A DNA stretch of 27,498 bases from Solirubrobacterales bacterium (GTDB lineage Bacteria > Actinomycetota > Thermoleophilia > Solirubrobacterales > 70-9): positions 1-27,498 of the forward strand of contig DASUIY010000059.1 in assembly GCA_036279555.1 (NCBI GenBank), given 5' to 3'. Shown here in pieces: positions 7,254 to 13,446 of the stretch. The first letter of the stretch is position 1. Every line of letters begins with the position of its first letter. The position numbers were made by a program, and so were the translations under genes. The notes under the pieces were generated by a model. It saw nothing but the letters and a program-made list of their open reading frames with translations. It was not told the DNA's origin and searched no databases.

Positions 7254-9659
7254 TTACGGTGCTTCTTCTGCCTCGTACCAGTCGACCCAGCCGTTGCAGG
7301 ATTTGCTTAGCGGGACGATCCGGTGCGGCCGGTCGGGGGTCGCGACCAGCTCGCCCAGGGTCGCCTTGCCCGAGTACCCGGTGAGGCGCTGCAGCGTGCT
7401 CGGCTCATCGGCCGTGACGGTGAACCGGACCGCCCCGCCGTCGCTGCGGATCTTCCCGGCGGGCCAGAACTGGCCGTTGCTGGCGAGGCTGATCGTGGTC
7501 GGCCGCTGACCGTCCTGGGCGGCCTTCAGCGGCTGTCGCAGGCCCGGGGCGGAGAGGGTCAGGCCGAAGGGCGAGAAGTACTGCAGCGAGAGGAGCCAGT
7601 CTCCGGCCGGGAGGGCGAGGGCCTGCGATGCGCTCTCGCCGGTCTCCAGCTCCGGTTCGGGGCTCCAGCGCCCCTTGCCGCCGATCGCGGCACCGGGGAA
7701 GAGCGAGGCGCGACCGGGGTTGGCGGTGAGTATCTGCAGCTCGGGAGCTGTGCAATCGGCGTGTGCCGCCGGCTCGGTCCCCTCCAGCAGCACGTGGCGG
7801 TCGGCCGGCAACGGCCCCGTTCTCTTCCAGAGAAGGTATGAGGGCGTCGCCGCGACGCGCCTGAAGCCCCGCGGCGCTTCGCTGTTCCAGGCCGCCCGCC
7901 CGGTGATCACGTAGGGGAAGCGCGCGAGGGTGGCCTGGGAGAAGGAGTCGAAGTCGATCGGGCTGTAGGCGTCGCCGGTGTCGAACGGCTTCTCGGGGCT
8001 GGCGGTGACCTCGGCGTCGGGGAACTCGACCAGCGGCACGTGCGTGTCGGCCCCCATCAGCTCGTGGGCGGCGTAGCGGTCCTGACCCGCGTATAGGACA
8101 GGCTCCCCCTGGACGACGGGCATGAACGCCTGCAGCTCCGCGCCGTGCCCCGGCGGCCCGACCGGCGCGTCCCGCAGCACGAGCAGGCTCGAGTACACGG
8201 CCCCCGCCACGAACGCCACCGCCAGCACCCCCCAGCCAACCCTCGCCACCCCCGCCGATGGGCCGATTCCGGCCGATATTCGGCCGGAATCGGCCCATCG
8301 GCGGCCAAAGGCGCCGCCGAGCTCGAAAAGGAGGGGGCGGATCGCGACGAGCATCGCCAGCGGGGCGGCGATCATCAGCGCCTTGGCCTGGGAGTACTCA
8401 CCACTGGTGGCGAGTGAGGCGAGATAGAGGATCGTGCAGGCAGCGAGCGCGACCGGGATGGAGAACTCCCGTCGTCGCAGCCACCAGGCGGTTCCCAGGA
8501 CGACGGCGAGCACCCCGATCGCGCCCGCCAGGCCGGTCAGGTGTGCGCCTCCGGCCGCGCTGAGCCGGTAGTTGGAGGCCGGCCAGACGCCGAGCGCCTC
8601 CAGCGGCGAGACCGGCCCGTAGGTGTTGGTGCCGGCGACGCGGTTGAAGCCGTGGACGAAGGCGAAGGGCCCGACCAGCATCAGCGTCACCGTCAGGCCG
8701 CCGAGCACGACGATCGCCAGCAGCAGCTTCGGCCGCAGCAGGGTGCGGGCCAGCCGGGCCGGCCTCAGCTCGGCACGGATCTCGGGCACGGTCGCCGCCC
8801 AGAAGACGAGGATCGCAACCGGCCAGGCAAGCCCGGCGAAGCTGTAGGAGAAGAAGATCCCCCCGGCGAGCGCCAGCGGCACCAGCACCCACCACCACCC
8901 CGCCGACGGGCCGATTCCGGTCCATATTCGACCGGAATCGGCCCGTCGGCGGTCGAGGTCGAAGAGGTAGACGGCGAAGGCGAGGACGAAGAGGGCCTCG
9001 GCGGTCTCCTTGAAGGTGCCCTGGGCGTAGTAGGAGGCGCCGAGGTAGGTGATCGCCACCAGCGTCGCGGCTGCCACCCGGCGGCCGGGCCCGAGGTCGC
9101 CGAGGGCCACGAGCGCGGTCAGCGCGGTCAGCACCCCTATCGCCAGGATCTCTCCGACGAATGCCTGGCCGAGGCCGATGCCCGGCAGCACGGCGACCGT
9201 GTCGGCGAGCGCGTGGGGCCCAAGCGGATAGCCCGCTTCCGGCGTCGGGCCGAGGCCGCTGCGCAGCCACTCGGCCCAGGCCAGGTGCAGCCCGAGGTCG
9301 TTGTTGAAGCCGACGCCCAGCAGCCCCCAGCGCCCGCTGATCGCAAAGGGGATCGAGAGGACCAGGGCGACGACGAAGGCGACGAGGATGCCCAGCCAGA
9401 TCGAGCCCTCGGTGCGTCCGGGGCGCCGCCAGAGCACCAGCGCCGCCACGGCGACCAGGGCGGTCGCGCCCAGCGCCGCGCTGGTCGCGTGCCCCGGGGC
9501 CCGGGCGAGGAAGCCCGTGACCGTGATCATCGCCCCGAAGCCGACCGCAGGCGCCAGCCAGCTGCGCGAGCCGCCCTCCCCCGCGAGGCTGAGGATTGCG
9601 CGTCCCACCAGCATGGAGGCGGCGCAGATCAGCGCCGCCGCGACGTAGGTCCCGATCAT
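7254..9659 (-). CDS. Polytopic membrane protein with C-terminal extracytoplasmic domain (possibly GT-C-like glycosyltransferase; function uncertain)
   Basis: 801 aa with about 12-14 hydrophobic segments, an early NNDLGLH loop and a soluble C-terminal region. The GT-C call rests on topology only. Confidence 0.75.
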   Translation of the reverse strand: MIGTYVAAALICAASMLVGRAILSLAGEGGSRSWLAPAVGFGAMITVTGFLARAPGHATSAALGATALVAVAALVLWRRPGRTEGSIWLGILVAFVVALVLSIPFAISGRWGLLGVGFNNDLGLHLAWAEWLRSGLGPTPEAGYPLGPHALADTVAVLPGIGLGQAFVGEILAIGVLTALTALVALGDLGPGRRVAAATLVAITYLGASYYAQGTFKETAEALFVLAFAVYLFDLDRRRADSGRIWTGIGPSAGWWWVLVPLALAGGIFFSYSFAGLAWPVAILVFWAATVPEIRAELRPARLARTLLRPKLLLAIVVLGGLTVTLMLVGPFAFVHGFNRVAGTNTYGPVSPLEALGVWPASNYRLSAAGGAHLTGLAGAIGVLAVVLGTAWWLRRREFSIPVALAACTILYLASLATSGEYSQAKALMIAAPLAMLVAIRPLLFELGGAFGRRWADSGRISAGIGPSAGVARVGWGVLAVAFVAGAVYSSLLVLRDAPVGPPGHGAELQAFMPVVQGEPVLYAGQDRYAAHELMGADTHVPLVEFPDAEVTASPEKPFDTGDAYSPIDFDSFSQATLARFPYVITGRAAWNSEAPRGFRRVAATPSYLLWKRTGPLPADRHVLLEGTEPAAHADCTAPELQILTANPGRASLFPGAAIGGKGRWSPEPELETGESASQALALPAGDWLLSLQYFSPFGLTLSAPGLRQPLKAAQDGQRPTTISLASNGQFWPAGKIRSDGGAVRFTVTADEPSTLQRLTGYSGKATLGELVATPDRPHRIVPLSKSCNGWVDWYEAEEAP
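8252..8304. repeat. Palindromic element, family 1, in-frame coding copy 1
   Basis: Perfect 25-bp stem (8252-8276/8280-8304) with a TAT loop. Encodes RRWADSGRISAGIGPSA on the minus strand. Confidence 0.95.
8900..8952. repeat. Palindromic element, family 1, in-frame coding copy 2
   Basis: Perfect 23-bp arms (8900-8922/8930-8952), centre CATATTC. Encodes RRRADSGRIWTGIGPSA on the minus strand. Confidence 0.95.
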
Positions 9660-9679
9660 CAGGGGCGGAAACTATGGCA

Positions 9680-9698
9680 GCGGCGTCAGCGACGCCGC
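9680..9698 (-). terminator. GC-rich hairpin downstream of the MBL hydrolase gene, possible terminator
   Basis: GCGGCGTC-AGC-GACGCCGC, an 8-bp perfect stem just past the stop at 9705. No clear U-tract. Confidence 0.35.
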
Positions 9699-9704
9699 CT
9701 CGGC

Positions 9705-10418
9705 TCAGTGCTTCTCCGCCGCCCGCTCCAGGGCCTCGCGCAGGTTCTCCCCGCGCAGGGGCTTCTCGTGCCCGGCGCAGACCGTCGCCGGTTCCAGTGC
9801 GGCCAGCTTGCGCACGGAATCCTTCGCCTTGGCATGGTCCCAGGCCCAAGCGGGGTGGGGGACGCTCGCCTCGCCCGCGGGCAGCGGTCGTCCCAGCCGC
9901 GCCGAGTCGACCAGGTAGACGACGTCGCTGACGATCGCCAGCCGGTCGCTCTCGCGCCAGAGCCCGATCAGCCCCGGCGCGTGGCCGGGAAAGTGGACGA
10001 CGCGGAAGCCGGCGACCTCGTCGCCCTCCGAGACAGTCCCGTCGACCTTCACCGGACCGCCGTCCCAGCGCCGCATGAGCGTCGGGTAGAGCCAGCGCGC
10101 CGGCGCCCACGGCAGCTCGGAGATGTCCATGTAAGGCGTGATCGAGGCGTCGCTTTCGGCGTCGGGCACTTCGTCTGGATGGCAGTGGACCGGCACCCCC
10201 ATCGCCGGCGCAGTGCCCCGGTGGTCCGCGTGAGCATGTCCCAACACGACGCGCTTCAGCCCCCCGAGCTGCTTGGCGGCGGCCTTCGCCTTCCTCGTCA
10301 TGGACTTGGGCCCGGCGTCGAACTGCACCGCCCCACCCTCGTCCTCGAGGAAGTAGATGTTCATCGACTTGCGGGCATCCCCGCGCAGCAGCAAGACCCC
10401 GTCGGCGACCCGCTCCAT
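9705..10418 (-). CDS. Metallo-beta-lactamase fold hydrolase
   Basis: HAHADH (HxHxDH), PGHAPG, SDVV and CAGHE motifs. Confidence 0.9.
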   Translation of the reverse strand: MERVADGVLLLRGDARKSMNIYFLEDEGGAVQFDAGPKSMTRKAKAAAKQLGGLKRVVLGHAHADHRGTAPAMGVPVHCHPDEVPDAESDASITPYMDISELPWAPARWLYPTLMRRWDGGPVKVDGTVSEGDEVAGFRVVHFPGHAPGLIGLWRESDRLAIVSDVVYLVDSARLGRPLPAGEASVPHPAWAWDHAKAKDSVRKLAALEPATVCAGHEKPLRGENLREALERAAEKH

Positions 10419-10460
10419 GATGAGATCACCCTAGCGGCCCGTCTCGTAACGTTGGCGCTG

Positions 10461-10613
10461 ATGCCAACCGCCTGGAAAACCGGGATGGTCGTTCTGGTCG
10501 CCTGCCTGCTGGCGTCGATGGCGATCGCGATCTTCCGTCTCGCCACGACCCCGACCGAGATCCTCGGCGACGGTTTCCGCGGGCTGCCCGTTCGCGCCCA
10601 CGACTCCCGTTAG
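10461..10613 (+). CDS. Putative small single-pass membrane protein (50 aa)
   Basis: MPTAWKTGMVVLVACLLASMAIAIFRLATTP...: one clear hydrophobic helix filling the gap between the MBL gene and usp. Confidence 0.45.
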   Translation: MPTAWKTGMVVLVACLLASMAIAIFRLATTPTEILGDGFRGLPVRAHDSR

Positions 10614-10649
10614 TATCGGCCGCGTTCAGCGACCGAGCAAGGAGGCGGC

Positions 10650-11093
10650 GTGTTCACTCGCATCGTGGTTGGAACCGACGGGTCCGATACTGCCGCAGAG
10701 GCCGTGCGCCAGGCGGTCGACCTGGCCAAGCTGTCGGGCGCTGAGCTCCGCATCGTCAGCGCCTACGAACCCGTCTCCAAACGGCGGGTCGAGGCGGAGA
10801 AGCACGACGCCCCGGCCGACGTCCAGCACGAGATCGGCCCCCGCGAGGACGTCAACCTCGTCCTCGACGCGGCAGCGGCCGCCGCTCGCAAGGAGGGCGT
10901 CGACGTGCAGACTCACCCCGTCGAGGGGGAACCCGCCGAGGCGATCCTCAGCGTCGCCGAAGAGACCGATGCGGACCTGATCGTGGTCGGCAACAAGGGC
11001 ATGACCGGGGCCCGCCGCTTCCTCCTCGGCAGCGTCCCCAACAACGTCTCCCATCACGCGCCATGCAGCGTCATCATCGTCCGCACGACATAG
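10650..11093 (+). CDS. Universal stress protein
   Basis: IVVGTDGS at the N-terminus and DLIVVGNKG...LLGSVPNNVSHHAPCSVIIV, the Usp signature. GGAGG RBS upstream. Confidence 0.95.
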   Translation: MFTRIVVGTDGSDTAAEAVRQAVDLAKLSGAELRIVSAYEPVSKRRVEAEKHDAPADVQHEIGPREDVNLVLDAAAAAARKEGVDVQTHPVEGEPAEAILSVAEETDADLIVVGNKGMTGARRFLLGSVPNNVSHHAPCSVIIVRTT

Positions 11094-11188
11094 GTCTCTG
11101 GCGGGCGGGTCCTGTCGTGAAGGAGGACTCCTCGTCCTCGCAAGCTGCGGGCGAGGAGCCCACCTCCACGCCACCCGCCCGACAGACG
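11094..11188. repeat. Long imperfect hairpin between convergent usp and S8 genes (REP-like or bidirectional terminator)
   Basis: Outer CGGGCGGGT(11102-11110)/ACCCGCCCG(11173-11181), inner CTCCTCG/CGAGGAG and CGCA-AGC-TGCG. Confidence 0.55.
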
Positions 11189-11189
11189 T

Positions 11190-12533
11190 CTAAGTCGCTG
11201 GCTCCGTAGCTTTTGAGGCGTCGATCAGGCCGGCGCCCTGGCGCGTCGCGGGCAGGCCGAGGTCGCGGGCGGTCTGCCGCAGGCGTCTCGTCACCGCCCC
11301 GACCCTCCCCTTCTTCTTCGCCTTGCGGTCGATGACGCCGCTGGCGAGGACCATCGCGGCGACCCCGGAGACGTGGGCTGCGGCCATCGAGGTGCCCGCG
11401 TAGTTGCCCGGCTCGCTGAATTCGTCGGTGGTGCGGTCCTTCAGCGTGACCTGGTAGATCGCGTCGGCCGAGACCGAGGGGCAGCCGATCGCCGGAATGC
11501 CTCCTCCGGGCGCGAGCACGTCGACTCCCTTGCCGGCCAGCGAGTAGCTGCCGATGCAGCCGCCCTGGGTGCTGCCGCCGACGCCGATTGCGTGCGGCCC
11601 GGTGGAGGGAGGGGAGACGCAAGCCTCCGAGCCGGCGTTCCCCACCGATGCCACCGTGACGATGCCGCGCTGGTAGGCCTGGCGCAGGGCCTCGTCGACT
11701 CCGGGCACCTGCCTGCCGCAGCCGAAGTTGAAGCTCATGTTGATCACGTCGGCCCCGCGCGCGACGGCGAACCGGATGCCCTTGGCGATGTTGTCCGCTC
11801 TGCCCCGGCCGAACCGGTCGAGGACGCGCACGGGCATCAGCTTCGCCCGGAAGGCGAGCCCCGTGAGGCCGATGCCGTTGTTGGTCTTCTCGGCGATGGT
11901 GCCGGCAACGTGGGTGCCGTGGCCGTTTTCGTCGAGGGGCAGGTGGTCGTCGTCGACGAAGTCATAGCCCTTGGCGAACTGGCCGGGGGCGAAGTCGGGG
12001 CTGCGCAGGAAGCGTGGCGACAGCGTCCGGTAGGCGATCCCGGTGTCGAGGACAGCGACGGTGACGCCCTGCGCACCGGGGCGCCCGGCGGCCGCCAGGT
12101 TTTCCCAGGCGCCGATCGCGTCGATGCCCCCGGGGGAGACCGGCAGCAGGGGAGTCGGTTCCCCCTGCCAGGGCAGGAAGTTCCACTGTTTCGAGACCCA
12201 CCCGCCGGGCGGTCCGGGGACGCCGGTGATCGGGCCGGGGTCGTTGGGGACCAGGGGTTCGGCGGCGGCGGTCGCCGAGGCCGTGGCGATGTAGTTGGGC
12301 GACGCGTACTCGACTCGCGGGTTGGCGCGCAGCGCCGTGACCACCGCGCTCACGTCGGCGCCCGGCCTCAGGCCGAAGGTGCCCGCCTCGTGGCCGGCGA
12401 GCTTGAGGATCACCTGGCGGGGCACGAACCCGTGGGCCGGGGCGAGGCCGGTGGTCGCCCGGGCGGGCGCGCCGGCGAGGACGAGCGACGCGAGCAGGGT
12501 CACGGAGGCGGCAATCGGAAGGCGTCGGTTCAT
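11190..12533 (-). CDS. Secreted subtilisin-like S8 serine peptidase
   Basis: Signal peptide and the catalytic triad motifs VLDTG, HGTHVAG and GTSMA. Confidence 0.93.
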   Translation of the reverse strand: MNRRLPIAASVTLLASLVLAGAPARATTGLAPAHGFVPRQVILKLAGHEAGTFGLRPGADVSAVVTALRANPRVEYASPNYIATASATAAAEPLVPNDPGPITGVPGPPGGWVSKQWNFLPWQGEPTPLLPVSPGGIDAIGAWENLAAAGRPGAQGVTVAVLDTGIAYRTLSPRFLRSPDFAPGQFAKGYDFVDDDHLPLDENGHGTHVAGTIAEKTNNGIGLTGLAFRAKLMPVRVLDRFGRGRADNIAKGIRFAVARGADVINMSFNFGCGRQVPGVDEALRQAYQRGIVTVASVGNAGSEACVSPPSTGPHAIGVGGSTQGGCIGSYSLAGKGVDVLAPGGGIPAIGCPSVSADAIYQVTLKDRTTDEFSEPGNYAGTSMAAAHVSGVAAMVLASGVIDRKAKKKGRVGAVTRRLRQTARDLGLPATRQGAGLIDASKATEPAT

Positions 12534-12629
12534 CTTGCGTCTGTCGCTCGCGGAATCCCTGCACTCGGCGGGCTATCTCCCTAACACCCGCCCGCCGGCG
12601 AAGTTGTCGGTGCCCATAATCTCGTATGC

Positions 12630-13097
12630 ATGGGGAGCGATGCCTTGCAGGATCGGCACGAGCGGTTGATGGCCCTTGCGATCGACCGGGCCCGTCAGGC
12701 CGAGCGCCACGGCGACGTGCCGATCGGCGCCGTCGTCGCCCGCGAGGGCGAGCCGCTGGCCGCCGCCGGCAACGAGCGCGAGCTTCGCCGCGACCCCACC
12801 GCCCATGCCGAGATGCTCGCGATCCGCGCTGCCGCGGAGGCCCTGGGCGGCTGGCGCCTCCCCGGCACGACCCTCTACGTCACCCTCGAGCCCTGCGCGA
12901 TGTGCGCCGGCGCGATCGTCCTGGCGCGCATCCCGGCGGTCGTCTACGGCGCCGCCGACCCGAAGGCGGGTGCGGCCGGCAGCGTCCTCGACGTCCTCGC
13001 CGAGCCCGCCCTCAACCACCGCCCCGAGGTCGTCGGCGGCGTGCTCGAGGCCGAGTGCGCCTCGCTGCTGTCGGAGTTCTTCGCCGCGCGCCGTTAG
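12630..13097 (+). CDS. tadA: tRNA adenosine(34) deaminase
   Basis: DVPIGAVV, DPTAHAE, LYVTLEPCAMCAGA, DPKAGA and LNHRP motifs. Confidence 0.93.
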   Translation: MGSDALQDRHERLMALAIDRARQAERHGDVPIGAVVAREGEPLAAAGNERELRRDPTAHAEMLAIRAAAEALGGWRLPGTTLYVTLEPCAMCAGAIVLARIPAVVYGAADPKAGAAGSVLDVLAEPALNHRPEVVGGVLEAECASLLSEFFAARR

Positions 13098-13252
13098 GGC
13101 CTCTCCCGATAGGTGAGCACACCCCTGGATACGGCCCAGGCACGGCGCGGATTCGGCCCCGTCGCGAATCCCACATGGCGCTGCCATGCGGAATCCGCGC
13201 CGTGACCGGCCCTGAACCGTCCCCGCGGCGCGCCACCTATCGGGAGAGGCCC
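13097..13252. mobile_element. MITE-like element, 156 bp, 19-bp perfect terminal inverted repeats
   Basis: GGGCCTCTCCCGATAGGTG (13097-13115) and CACCTATCGGGAGAGGCCC (13234-13252), flanked by TTA and TGA. Internal 14-bp IR at 13141-13154/13191-13204. Confidence 0.65.
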
Positions 13253-13260
13253 TGAGTCAA

Positions 13261-13266
13261 TACCCT
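13261..13266 (+). promoter_or_regulatory. Putative -10 element (TACCCT) of tRNA-Ser(GGA)
   Basis: TAnnnT hexamer 9 nt upstream of the tRNA. Confidence 0.35.
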
Positions 13267-13275
13267 TGGGGTCCC

Positions 13276-13365
13276 GGAGAGGTGTCCGAGTGGCTTAAGG
13301 AGCGCGACTGGAAATCGCGTGGGCGGGGTTAACCCGCCTCGTGGGTTCGAATCCCACCCTCTCCG
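13276..13365 (+). tRNA. tRNA-Ser(GGA)
   Basis: Acceptor GGAGAGG/CCTCTCC, anticodon arm CGCGA-CTGGAAA-TCGCG, long variable arm, T-arm GTGGG-TTCGAAT-CCCAC, G73. CCA not encoded. Confidence 0.96.
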
Positions 13366-13446
13366 TTCAGCGCCTCCGCCTAAGAGCAGCTCCTGTGTGA
13401 GTCCGATCTCATACCGGGTGATTACCGAAAGCTAAGCTTGCGTTGA

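Noticed and set aside
12573-12598. CGGCGGGC/GCCCGCCG hairpin between the divergent S8 and tadA genes
   Set aside because: A short, all-GC stem with a long loop, not distinguishable from background in this composition.
13097-13252. SRP RNA (ffs), often found near tadA and tRNA-Ser
   Set aside because: I found no domain IV GGAA-tetraloop motif with the CAGG/AGCAG internal loops. Terminal inverted repeats related to the 7141 element fit a MITE better.
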